Part shown: in pieces, positions 36,874 to 47,800 of the stretch
How the letters are laid out: every line of letters starts with the position of its first letter
Numbering within the stretch: the first letter of the stretch is position 1
Source of the DNA: a virus
Lineage: Duplodnaviria > Caudoviricetes
IMG/VR virus record: IMGVR_UViG_2687453785_000009
DNA: 64,000 bases
Reading direction: 5' to 3' (one strand)
Notes under the pieces: model-generated
Seen by the model: only the letters and a program-made list of their open reading frames with translations
The model's database searches: none
What the model was told of the DNA's origin: nothing
Translations under genes and position numbers: made by a program

Positions 36874-37812
36874 ATGGCCTCAACAATCGATGCCAACATA
36901 GAGAAACTGTTTGACTTCGCCAGGGGCGCACTCAGCGATGCCAAGGGCGTGTCGGGGCGCATTAGCGCCTTTGTGCCCACTATCGGCGGTGCGGATTTAG
37001 ATTACAGCGTTACCGCCCCGGCCATGAAGTCGCCGGTTGTGCTAACGAATTTCTTGCAGCTCGACAGCAGCCCAACGACGCTGAAGTTTATTAGCGAGGA
37101 AACGGAGGGCCTCATAACCAAGTTCTTCCCCGAGATACAGGCCGGCGCCTTGGCAAGCTCGCCAGAGGAATGGCTGGCCGGGATTATTACAGGGCAAAAA
37201 CCGTTCGGCCTTAGCCGTGATGTTTTTGAAGCGGTATGGCACGCCGGGCGCGACCGCGAGTATCGGTCACGCAATAGCGCGGTCGCACAACTGCGCAGCG
37301 AGTTTTCCGCGCGGGGATTTAGCCAGCCGCCTGGCGCAATGATGCAGGCCATTACCCAGGCAGAAGAGCGTGCGAGCGATGCTATCGGTGAGGTAAATCG
37401 CACGCAGACGGTCAGGGACGCCGAGATTAAGCTGGATCTGTTGAAGTTTGCTGAAGAGCAAGCGATTCGCCTGAAGCTCGGTATTTTTGACGCCATCGGT
37501 AACTACTACCGCGTGCTGATGGACTTGCCCAGTAAGGACATTGAGGCCACCAAGGCGAAGGTGGCGGCTTACGCATCCCTGAACAGCTCAATGGCCGAGT
37601 TCCATCGCGTTGAGCTTGGGTTTGAGCAGCTACGCCTGCAGGCCGCAAACCTGCGCATGAATGGCAAACTTGACGAGACACGCCTGCGAGTTGCCTCGCA
37701 AGACGGTTCTCGCAACAGCGCATTCGCGCAAGCGACCAACGCCTTTGCGGACGCAGCGGCAGCCGCGGTAGGTGCAGCATCGACGCTCAACGCCAGCGTT
37801 GTAACGGGCTGA
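36874..37812 (+). CDS. Virion/internal protein
   Basis: Helical; FSARGFSQPPGA motif. Confidence 0.7.
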   Translation: MASTIDANIEKLFDFARGALSDAKGVSGRISAFVPTIGGADLDYSVTAPAMKSPVVLTNFLQLDSSPTTLKFISEETEGLITKFFPEIQAGALASSPEEWLAGIITGQKPFGLSRDVFEAVWHAGRDREYRSRNSAVAQLRSEFSARGFSQPPGAMMQAITQAEERASDAIGEVNRTQTVRDAEIKLDLLKFAEEQAIRLKLGIFDAIGNYYRVLMDLPSKDIEATKAKVAAYASLNSSMAEFHRVELGFEQLRLQAANLRMNGKLDETRLRVASQDGSRNSAFAQATNAFADAAAAAVGAASTLNASVVTG

Positions 37813-39638
37813 TGCTGGTTACTGGACGCTCAGCAACCGGCATGGGGGCGCGCTGGGTTAAGCGGGCAATGCAGATGGCGCGCCGGTTACTGGCCGCCAA
37901 GCTGCGTTACGACAGCAAGCATGAGGTTGTGGACGGCTACCTGTTGAGCGCCATACGCACCAACACTCGCGCACGCGGTACGGTGCTGGATTTGCCGCAG
38001 CACGTCCTATGCCCGAACCTTGCCCGTGGGTCAGTAGGTTCCGGCAGCTTAACCAGTGAAGGCTTGAGCTTCCCGTCCACTGTTCGGGACTTGTGGCAGC
38101 CCGACTACCTGCCCGACATAACAGACCCCAAGCTGCCGACACTCAAGCATGAGGCATGGCGCCTGGCGACGAACAGGGGCTACGCATTCGGGGGCGAGGG
38201 CGCTGGATGGGGGCAAGTGCTATCAAGCGGAGCTGCCGCCAACGTGCCCTATGGCGATGGGATCGGAACAACTGTGCATCAAGTGAATAGCCTTGGTGAT
38301 ACGGGTTTCTACAACGCCGAATCGCCATCGTTGCAGCGGTTCTTTACGCGGTTTTGGGCGAGCTGGGTCAGCGCCGATCAAGAGACTGTGCTTGCTGGCG
38401 ACTCAATACCTATTAGCGAAAAGCACACCAAGGCCATCATGTTTGATACGGCCTTTGTGGACACCCTTGCGAATGGATGGGTGGCTATTCCACGCGCCTC
38501 ACCCGAGTTCACCCCCGCCAACCCCCCGGCCTGGAACAATCTTGTTGGAATATGGGGCCGCTCTTACCGCATCAAGGCGGTTGAGCAGAGCGACACCCCG
38601 GCTGCCGTCAAGTATGTGATGCTCGCTCGGCTGTTTAATGATGGTGTGAATGGCGCTTCCTCCAAGCCATACCATGAGGCTGGTGCTGTGCTGGTGGCCA
38701 CTTCTGAGGTGTCAGCCATCCTGGTTGAAGGCGATTATCAGCACGCCGGCAGCCTGCTTGGCGCGCAGGTCTACAGCACCGCGCGGCCCTCACGGTTTCG
38801 TTCGCCCGAGGCATGCGCGGTCACCGATGGTGTGCATGTACTGCTGCACGCCGACGTTATTCGCGACGAGCAAACGCCTGACCTGCTGTTTGGCGAAAAC
38901 ACCTATACCGTGGTCTGTGCCAAGGCGGTCGGTGACGGCATTGCGCTGAGTTTTTTGGCGATTGATCGGGACAACGACACCAATGCCAGTCGGCAGTTTT
39001 ATGGCGGCGCCTCCCCGGACGGGGTGACCAGTTACTTTCTATACCCAGCTTTCAATCAGGGCTCGCCCATGATGAGCGTGCTGGCCTGTAACGGCGCATC
39101 CGTCACGTTGACCAATGTAGCAACCCAGGCGCCATTCCAGCTTCCAAGTTGGGGCTACACCGCCACGACGGGCCTGGTCTGCCATATCGGCGCCGGGAGA
39201 CTTGGTTTTGTGGTCACGCTGGCTGCTAAGCCGGAGGGCAGCGATCTGTCCGTCACACCGTTCGATGTAACCTTTTGCACCTACAACACCTTGACTGGTG
39301 CCGTTGAAATCATAGGCCAGATAGCTTTGGCCACGTTGCTCTATGTGCCTGGCTATCCCTGCACCGCAGGAGGTATCGGCGCAATCACGGTAGTACAAGA
39401 AGAAGTGCTGAACGATGTAGGCGAATTGCTGACCCGCGCCGTGTTGCTCTGGACCACCAGTAGCGGTCTGAACGCAGGTGCAGGCGGGAAAAACTTCGTC
39501 GGGGCCACCTATATCAGTTACGACTCGGGCGCGTCGTGGCACTCAATCAGTGACACCGTGGGCGATTTCCGAGGTGTTGTATTCGTAGGTAGCCAGTTGC
39601 GCCCGGTTACCCCTGGACACGCTTGGTTCGCACCTTAG
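37812..39638 (+). CDS. Tail spike/receptor-binding-like protein
   Basis: Beta-rich 608 aa; Asp-box SYDSGASW. Confidence 0.6.
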   Translation: MLVTGRSATGMGARWVKRAMQMARRLLAAKLRYDSKHEVVDGYLLSAIRTNTRARGTVLDLPQHVLCPNLARGSVGSGSLTSEGLSFPSTVRDLWQPDYLPDITDPKLPTLKHEAWRLATNRGYAFGGEGAGWGQVLSSGAAANVPYGDGIGTTVHQVNSLGDTGFYNAESPSLQRFFTRFWASWVSADQETVLAGDSIPISEKHTKAIMFDTAFVDTLANGWVAIPRASPEFTPANPPAWNNLVGIWGRSYRIKAVEQSDTPAAVKYVMLARLFNDGVNGASSKPYHEAGAVLVATSEVSAILVEGDYQHAGSLLGAQVYSTARPSRFRSPEACAVTDGVHVLLHADVIRDEQTPDLLFGENTYTVVCAKAVGDGIALSFLAIDRDNDTNASRQFYGGASPDGVTSYFLYPAFNQGSPMMSVLACNGASVTLTNVATQAPFQLPSWGYTATTGLVCHIGAGRLGFVVTLAAKPEGSDLSVTPFDVTFCTYNTLTGAVEIIGQIALATLLYVPGYPCTAGGIGAITVVQEEVLNDVGELLTRAVLLWTTSSGLNAGAGGKNFVGATYISYDSGASWHSISDTVGDFRGVVFVGSQLRPVTPGHAWFAP

Positions 39639-39674
39639 CTATGCGATGACGCAATTTGTAATGGAGTGTTGGCG

Positions 39675-40334
39675 ATGGCAATTCTGTTTGACGACACGTT
39701 CGGTGATCACCCGGACGGTACATTTCTAGGGGATTACCCCATACCAAAGTGGGAGAACACCCCCGGACTGGGTTACGGGCTGGGGCTAGAGCATCTACGG
39801 GTAGATGGGGGGTGGGTTAGGCCCGTATATGTCTCATCGCCCCAAGGCAGCGTAGGCTCTTACTATGATTACATAACCCCGATTGGGCCTCCTGGGTGGG
39901 GAGAGGTTACCGGGGTAGCGCTTGAAGTGAAGTTCGACTGGTCGAACGAGACTCGCGGCGTCCAGGTGGTAGCCCGTAGCGGCGATACCACAACATATCT
40001 GTGTAGTCTGAACCACCAAGGGGTTACCGGGTTCCGCCTGTACATAGGCAGCAACGCTTACGTCATCCCCCCAGTTACCCAAGGGATTGCTGCCGAGCTG
40101 CGTGTAGAGGTCGCAGGATCGCTTGTAAGCGTATTCGTGGACGACGTACTCCAAGGGACTTCACTACTGGCTCCTTTTGCCGGCGCGGTGGCCATTAAGA
40201 TAGCTAGTGATACCCCATCTCCATTCACTGGCGATGGTCTACTTAGTGTCGGGCGTATTTCGGTGTACGGCGCCACACCACCGGAACCATCTGCGTTCTG
40301 GACGGCGCTGCGCGATACAAGCGAATCCGTCTGA
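39675..40334 (+). CDS. Lectin-like hypothetical tail protein
   Basis: Beta-sandwich pattern (LRVEVAGSLVSVFVDD); atypical codon usage. Confidence 0.6.
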   Translation: MAILFDDTFGDHPDGTFLGDYPIPKWENTPGLGYGLGLEHLRVDGGWVRPVYVSSPQGSVGSYYDYITPIGPPGWGEVTGVALEVKFDWSNETRGVQVVARSGDTTTYLCSLNHQGVTGFRLYIGSNAYVIPPVTQGIAAELRVEVAGSLVSVFVDDVLQGTSLLAPFAGAVAIKIASDTPSPFTGDGLLSVGRISVYGATPPEPSAFWTALRDTSESV

Positions 40335-40339
40335 TTCGA

Positions 40340-40367
40340 TTGCGTCTGTCCGCTAGTGACATAGCGT
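40340..40367 (+). promoter_or_regulatory. Late promoter motif copy 6
   Basis: TTGC-N11-AGTGACATAGCGT. Confidence 0.7.
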
Positions 40368-40400
40368 TGTTGGCAAATCGCCAAAACGAGATCACCTGCG

Positions 40401-41843
40401 ATGGAAAATATCAGCCTGTCGGGCGCCATTCAGGGCGACCTAAAGGACGCCAGCAAGAAGAAGCTGCAGACCCCTGGCAACCAAGCCAGGGCGTCTGCCA
40501 TGCAGGCCCAGTATCAGCAGCCAGTGATCGGCCCGCGCACCGGCGTCACTCCTGCTAACACGCCGCCCAAGAACACCTCCATTGGCCTTGATGACATCCT
40601 GCAGGGTGCTGGAAATCTGCCGGTTTCAGCTGCGCGCGACTTTGCAAACAACATCGGAACCGATATTCGCAACGTGGCGGCATCTGCGGTAGACGGCAAG
40701 CAAGTCCCCCGACCTGGCTATCCACACACGCAGGCTGCTTACGAGCAGATGAAGCGGGGAGGCGATCGATTTGCTCAGGCAAATATGTCCCTTGGCACAA
40801 ACGCAAAACCTGCCATGCGTGAAACACTAGGGCTTGAGGTAGACCCGCGCGCCGTACAGCAGCCAGTCACTGCTGCTAATACGCCTGCGAACGGTTATAC
40901 CTCGGCTGAGTTCGATCAGTGGGCGCAAGGCCAGACTGCACAGCCGACAGTTACTCAAGAGTCCCCAGTTATATCTGGTGCTCAGCAATCGACCCCGCAG
41001 GATGGATTTGTTGATACCGGGCTTGGCCAGGGGCTGCAGGGTGGTTCTATTGCAGCTCGCCGCGGCGCTGGTGGCGTAATGGAGTTCAGCAATGACGCCA
41101 AGGTTCAGGCCGGCGCAGGCGCAATGCCTGCTGGTGGCGTTGGAGGTATCGGCGATGGCATAGGCACCTTCAGCCAGGGTCAGGCTGGTGACAGCAAGCT
41201 GGCACTGGATCGCTTTGATCGTGCCAATGCCATCCGAGCGCAAACCATACAAGACGGGCGGCGTGGCGTTGTGGGCGAGGGCGGCGGGCGCCTTACCGTT
41301 GTCGCCGACAGCAGCCGAAGCCCAACCACTCAGGATCTTCAGCATGCCCGCCTAAATGAGCGAGTGGCGCAGACCGCCGCACTGGGTAAACGCGATGCCC
41401 GCGAGGATCAGCAGCTTGCGCTGAATGTGAACCGTGACAATCGAGAGTCTGCCGCTGCAGGGATTGAAATGCAGACCGCGCAGATGGGCCTTGATAGCGG
41501 TCTGCGAATCGAAGAGATCCGCCAGCAGCTTTCTGACCCAGCCATCAAGGGCGATCAGCGAGCGGCGCTCGAGCGCAACTACGCAAGCCTGACTACCTCA
41601 GCAAAAGACCGCTACGTCCTGCAGGACGCCGTGATTGGCGCGGACGCATACGGACCCAAATACGGAAAGATTGCTCTCGATGTCGTAACCGGGCAGCCAG
41701 TTGGGCAAGGCCAGGCCGCACCAGAGACGGCTCGCAAAACAGCAACCAGCGCCGAAGTCGATGCCGCAGCCAAGCAGGCGGGCAAGTCGCGCGCCGAAAT
41801 CCTCCAGGTAATGAAGGACAAGGGGATCACCATCAATGGCTAG
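40401..41843 (+). CDS. Putative internal virion (ejection) protein
   Basis: Q/G/A-rich, low complexity; precedes giant protein. Confidence 0.65.
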   Translation: MENISLSGAIQGDLKDASKKKLQTPGNQARASAMQAQYQQPVIGPRTGVTPANTPPKNTSIGLDDILQGAGNLPVSAARDFANNIGTDIRNVAASAVDGKQVPRPGYPHTQAAYEQMKRGGDRFAQANMSLGTNAKPAMRETLGLEVDPRAVQQPVTAANTPANGYTSAEFDQWAQGQTAQPTVTQESPVISGAQQSTPQDGFVDTGLGQGLQGGSIAARRGAGGVMEFSNDAKVQAGAGAMPAGGVGGIGDGIGTFSQGQAGDSKLALDRFDRANAIRAQTIQDGRRGVVGEGGGRLTVVADSSRSPTTQDLQHARLNERVAQTAALGKRDAREDQQLALNVNRDNRESAAAGIEMQTAQMGLDSGLRIEEIRQQLSDPAIKGDQRAALERNYASLTTSAKDRYVLQDAVIGADAYGPKYGKIALDVVTGQPVGQGQAAPETARKTATSAEVDAAAKQAGKSRAEILQVMKDKGITING

Positions 41844-44800
41844 CCTTTACGACGATCTGTTTACCGCTCCAGCGATAGTTGAAAGCGCAAAGACGAGCCT
41901 TCTAGATGACCTCGGTCTTGAGCCTGCCGAGGGGCTGGGCATTACCGGCACCTTAAAGGAGGGCGCTAAGTCCGCCGGCCGCGCTATTGGTGCCGCGGCA
42001 AATGCCTACACTGGCGACAATCAGGGCATTGTCGACAAGGCCGAGGCACATCAGCAAGCGCCGAAGGATTATCGGCTGGACAAGTTCTACGGCGATTTTG
42101 CCGATCGCACGGCTGCGCTTGGCGATGACCCGGGCGTACTGGAAACCATCGGCGCAGGCGCGGGGGCGGTTTGGGACAACCCGGCCGGCGCAGGCCTGGC
42201 GGTAGTCGAGCAGTTGCCTAATGCGGTACCAGCCTTAGCTGGCGGATTTGCCGGCATGAAGGCGGGCGCGGCAGGCGGCGCAGCACTAGGCACTGTTGTT
42301 GCCCCCGGCCCAGGTACGGCGGTGGGTGGCGCCGTTGGCGGCGTGGTTGGCGGTCTGGCTGGCATGTTCATCGGTAACGCCGCCATCGAAACCGGGCACA
42401 AGGCCATGGGCATGGCCGATGACGGCGCTGTGACTGATGCAGAGCGTAGTCAGGCGATCAGTGAGGGCGCAATCAAGGGCGGCGTCATCACCGGCGTGGA
42501 CGCGCTAACTCTTGGCGCTGGCGGCAAGCTGGCAAGCGCGCTGCAGCGCACTACCAGCAGTGCAATGGAGTCGGCGACCCGCAAGGTGCTGCTCGATCGT
42601 GGCGTGGATGTGGCCGATAACGCAGCCGTGCTGGCAGCTCGCGGCAATCCAGAAATCGCCACCGCCGTGCGTGCAGCGCAGGAGTCGGCACGCCAGGTCA
42701 CTGACAAGTTCGGTAAGCGCCTGGCCGTGGGCGGAACCTTGCTCGGCATGGAGACAGTCGGCGAGGGCGTAGGCGAGTACCTGGGCGAGCTGGCGGCCAC
42801 CGGCGAAGGCAATGTGCCAGACGCAGTGCTGGAGTCGCTGCTATCGCTTGGCCAGAGCGGGGCGGAAACAGCCTGGAACATGGCGCGCAAGTCACCATCA
42901 CAAGGCTTATGGGTTCAGCCGCAACCGTCAGCCAGTAACCCGGCACCCGCTCCGATTGCCGCACCAAACCCTGAAGACGGCGTGCTGTCGCGCTCCGTGC
43001 TTGCAGCGCTTCCCGCTCCGGCGCCGCGTCTTGGCCTGCCGGCGCCTGAATCGGTGCTGTTTGCCGATGGGCAGGGCACTGTCAGCGACCAGGGGCCGGC
43101 GCGCAACGTGGATCGCGAATACCGCCCGACCGGCCGCGAACGTGATCCGCGAACCTTCGGCGCCGGTATGGATCAGCAGACCGAGCGGGGCGCAGTGCCA
43201 GGCCGTGAGGGTGACTATATTCCTGTCTCGCGCTTTGCCAGCCAGGAGGTTCTGGCAAGCAACACCATCGACGGCCAGCTCGCTCCAGAGCCCCGCGGAC
43301 TTCCTGCTCCGCAACGCCTGCTGGCGGACGGCCGCGCGGATGCCGGCTTTATCGAAACCAATGCCGCCGGGGAATCACGCCAGGCTAAAACCGGTAACGT
43401 ACCGCCCAAGAACTATGTTCCGCAGGGCGGCCGCGGGATGGATCAGCAGACGCCGGTCGGGAAAAAATACACCGGAATGCCCGCGGCAAGAAAAGCGCTG
43501 CGTGAGTCTGCCAACCCAGCCGCAATGGAAGTGGTAAAGGTTGGGAAAAAGCAGTTTGAGGTGCGCGCCAAGCCAGTCGATGGCGGCGCAAGCGAATCTG
43601 TAACGGCTCCGTCTGCCGTTCAGTTCGAAGCCGGCCAGCGGTGGCAGCACCAAGGTCGGACGTACAACGTAAACAAGGTGCAGGCCGATGGCCGCGCTAG
43701 CGTCAGCACGCCATCCGGAAGTCAGGCATTTGTAATCCGCCCCGAACAAGCAGCGGCAGAAGGGTGGACGCAGGATGCCGAGTCTAACGGGTCACCCCTT
43801 TCGGCGAACGGGACACCCGTTACAGCACAACCTGCACAGAAGAAAGCGCGCAAAGTAGACCGTGAGCGTGACAGTGTTGCTCACGCTGTCATCCGCCTGG
43901 GCGGTATCACCACCAACTATCGACAAGACACGACCGGCGAAGCTAAGGGCAATACCAACATCCCGGGCGTGGGTTCCTTGTGGAGCGATAAGACCGGGAC
44001 TAGCATCGACGATATGGCTTCGCTGCTGGATCAGCATGGCTATATTCCGCAAAGCGAAATGGCAAACGATGGCGGCGTGTCGTGGCTGCAGGCGGCACTG
44101 GGCGACCAGCTCGCCGGCCGCAAAGAGCACTTTGCACCTGGCAGCAAGCGTCAAGAAGAGCAGGCGCTGAAGACAGAGGCAAACCGCCTAGAGGTGCAGG
44201 CCGCACAGGAAGAAGCTGGCGGCGACTTTGACTCAGCTGAAACCGTAGTGTCCGACCTGCTGGATGATGCAGACCTTCTTGAAATACGCGCTGCCGCCGC
44301 CACTAAGCATGCCGCAGAGCTTGATGTAATTTTTGGAGATAGCCCGAATGAAACTGTCGCCAGCACGCAAAGCGCAGATCGACCTACTGAAGGAGCACAA
44401 CGAACAGAAGCTGGCGAGAGTGGAAGCGCTGGAGCAGGACAACGCCCGCAGGGAAGCCAGCCTGACGTCCGAGCAGAAAGCCCAGCTGAAGAAACTCCAA
44501 GCCTAGAGTTAACAACCCAAACCGAGGCCAGCGCTGCCGCTGATGCTGCAGCGCAAACTGCCAGCGACAAGGCCACCGCTGCCGCACAGAAGAAAGCTGA
44601 CGACGCCAAGAAAAAGGCCGACAACTTAGCCGCAATCAAAGCGGCTAACACCAAAGCCAGCGAAACCTTTGAGCTTGGCCAAAATGCCGACGACAACCTG
44701 TCGGGCCAAAGCGGCATGTTCGATAGCTCGCTAAGCCTGAGCGAGTCGGGCGGCAAGCCTGCCACCGAGCCCGCCAAAGCTAAGGCTAAGATCGAAGATG

Positions 44801-47800
44801 CCGGCGATCAGCTCAAGTTCAACAAGAAGGGTATGTTCCGCAACGGCGGCTTGAAGTGGTCGGACATTAAGGACGATAACGAGGCCATGAAGGTCAAGCT
44901 GTCGGCCAAAGAGAAGATATGGGCGCGACCAGACTGGGAGGAAATCATTGCCGCTCAGCCGGAAGGCATGCGCGATGGATTTGCCCTGGTCGCACACCTC
45001 GTTAAGCAGGTGTATGACGGCATACCAAAGCAGTCTCCCGGCAAGTCGGACGAAGCGCTGCAAACCTACATCGCCGCTGTTGGCGAGCTGCGCGATGCTG
45101 CAGAAGCGCTACTTAGCGATAACGCTAAAGTTAAGCCGCTAGTGGCTGCGCTTGCGGCCAAGGCGGCGCGGCGACTTGGTACCGGCGGCAGCCTTTCAAT
45201 CATCGACATGATTAAAGGCGATGCAGATAGCGCTCAGCCGCTGTTTAGCGTGCTATTTCCAGAGCAGGCCAGTGGCACCCGGTTTACGCGCGGCACCCCA
45301 GCGAACGACAAGGCCAATGCGCTCGACAAGGCCGTGAAAAAGATGCAGTGGGGCGCAGACTCCGCGGTCGAAGCCATGAAGGCCATCAAGAAAGGCTGGC
45401 CCGCCAAGCAGGAGGCATGGCAGAAACAGGGCTATGCGGTGTTCGATAACTCCGCAAATGAAGTCAAGGCGAGCCACTACGAAGGCGGTTCAGGTGTTAG
45501 CACAACACTGAAGCTCGGCAGTTCAACAATTGAATGGCTTGATAAGCAGACGGAATTGGGTGTGGCCAGGCAAGCAGCGGCCGCACGACTCGAACAGCTT
45601 AACGGCAAGCACTTGGTGATGAATAAGCGCAAAAACATCCTTGGCGCATTCGACACCAACGAAGAGGCCGAAGATTTTGCCCGCAAGCAGACGGCTCGCA
45701 AAAAGGTTGAGGTCGATAGCGAAGCGAATGAGGCCGATGAAAATTGGTGGAGTCGCGCAGGTGATGAGCGCCGGCCGGGTAATGCCAATGTAACCGAGGG
45801 CGAATTTAAGGAGGCGTTCGGGTTTCGCGGCGTGAACTTCGGCAAGTGGGTGAACCAGCAAGAGCGTCAGCAGCACCTTAATGCCGCGTTCGATGCCTTC
45901 CATGATCTTGCGGCAGTGCTGGACATACCACCCAAGGCCATAAGCTTAAATGGCATGCTCGGCATGGCCTTCGGCGCACAAGGCGGCGGCAGCGCGGCGG
46001 CGCACTTTGTCGCTGGCGTAAATGAAATCAACCTGACCAAGACTGCTGGCGCCGGAGCGCTTGCCCATGAGTGGGCTCACGGTCTAGATCATTACTTCGG
46101 CGTAAAGGCGGGGCTTGGTCGTGATGGTGCGCCATGGGCGTCAACGCTTGGCAGTCGCCGCAAGCTGCCAGACGGCGTAGAAATTCGCCCGGAAGTCGCT
46201 CAGGCATTCAAGTCTGTCATTGCACAGATGAGAGCCATCGAAGAAACGCCAGAGCAAGCCGCGCAGGCAGCGCTTACCCGGCTTGACCGGGCAAAGATGG
46301 ATATTGCCATGACCACCCAGCCAATGCGCGAGCAACTGGCAGGAAACGCTGAGGCGCTGGCGGCGCTGGACAAAGTAGTTGCCGGTGATATTGGCGAGTA
46401 CGTCACGCTGCCGCCCGCCAAAGGCAAGCGCAAGCCGGTTGGTGCCGTCGCTGCAAACATCAAGATCGTGTTCGACGCGCTGGGCTACAGCAACGAAAAG
46501 ATGGCGAAAGACGGATCGTCTCTAATGGGCGTCTACTTTGCCAAGTCAGAAGTCGGTGGCGTTGCTCGCTCACGGATTAAACACACTGACTTCTACAAGA
46601 AAAGCCAGGCGCGCGACGGTAAGAGTGGAAACTACTGGGCGACCCAGTGGGAAATGTTTGCTCGCGGCTTTGAGTCGTGGGTAATGGATAAGCTGGCAGG
46701 CCAAGACAAGCACAACAACTACCTGGTGCGCCCCGGCAAGAACGATCGTGGCGTTACCGACGAGAACTTCCCATACCCGGCAGGCGAAGAGCGCAAGGCG
46801 TTCAATCAGGCGATTGACGTGCTTACTGCTGAGCTGAAAGCGAGTGCTCCGGATGAAAGCGGCAACGTCGCACTGTTCTCACGCGGCGCCACCGGGGCCA
46901 CCCTCACCACGCTCGGGCGGGGGGATGTAGAGCAGATCACCGCTCGGCTTGTAACAGAAGCCGCCGTGGCCAGACGTTTTGTGTTTTCTTCCTGGGAAGA
47001 GCTGCCGCAGGCGATTAAGGACCGTGCTGCGGCGCAGGGCGCTAAGCCAGGCGAGATAAAGGCGGTTCATTGGCAGGGCAAGACCTATCTGATTGATCGG
47101 CGCTTCACGGATGCGGGCGACGTTGAGCGCACCATCTTCCATGAGTATTACGCACATTACGGTCTGCGCCAGCAGTACGGCAAGGATTTGCATCGCAAGC
47201 TGCTGCGCACCTGGGAAAAGGTCGGCGGCACCAAAGGCGTGCGGGCAATGGCGGCTGAGCAAGGCTTTAACATCGACCACTACATTGAAGGCGCCAAGCA
47301 GGACAAGGAACTGACCGAGGCGCAGCGCCGCGTGCTGGTCATGGACGAGCTGCTGGCACACATGGCCGAGTCGACCGGCAGCCTCAAACGCCTTATTGAG
47401 GAATGGTACGGCGCGGTGCGCGAATGGCTGCGCGGCAATGGCTGGGCAGAGCTGGCCAAGCTGAATGCCGCAGATCTGGCCTTTATGCTGCGTGGAGCAC
47501 GTCAGGCTTCGCTGCGTGCAGACGGTGAGTCGGTAAGCGGTCAGCCATTGTTCCAGTGGGTGGAGTCGGCTAATCAAATATCCACCGTGGCGTTCAAGCG
47601 CTGGTTTGGTGAGTCAAAAGTCGTCGACAAGCAGGGCGCCCCGAAGGTTCTTTATCACGGCACCGGCGAAGACTTTACCTCCTTTGACCAGGGCCGCAGC
47701 GGTAGCAGCACCAGACACAGCACTGCGCCGCTGGGTATCTTTATGACCGGCGACCGCGACACAGCGCAGGCATACGCCGACAAGGCTAGCGACGGCATGC

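Noticed and set aside
20668-40334. Diversity-generating retroelement or invertible tail-fibre cassette
   Set aside because: No reverse transcriptase, template/variable repeat pair or invertase seen
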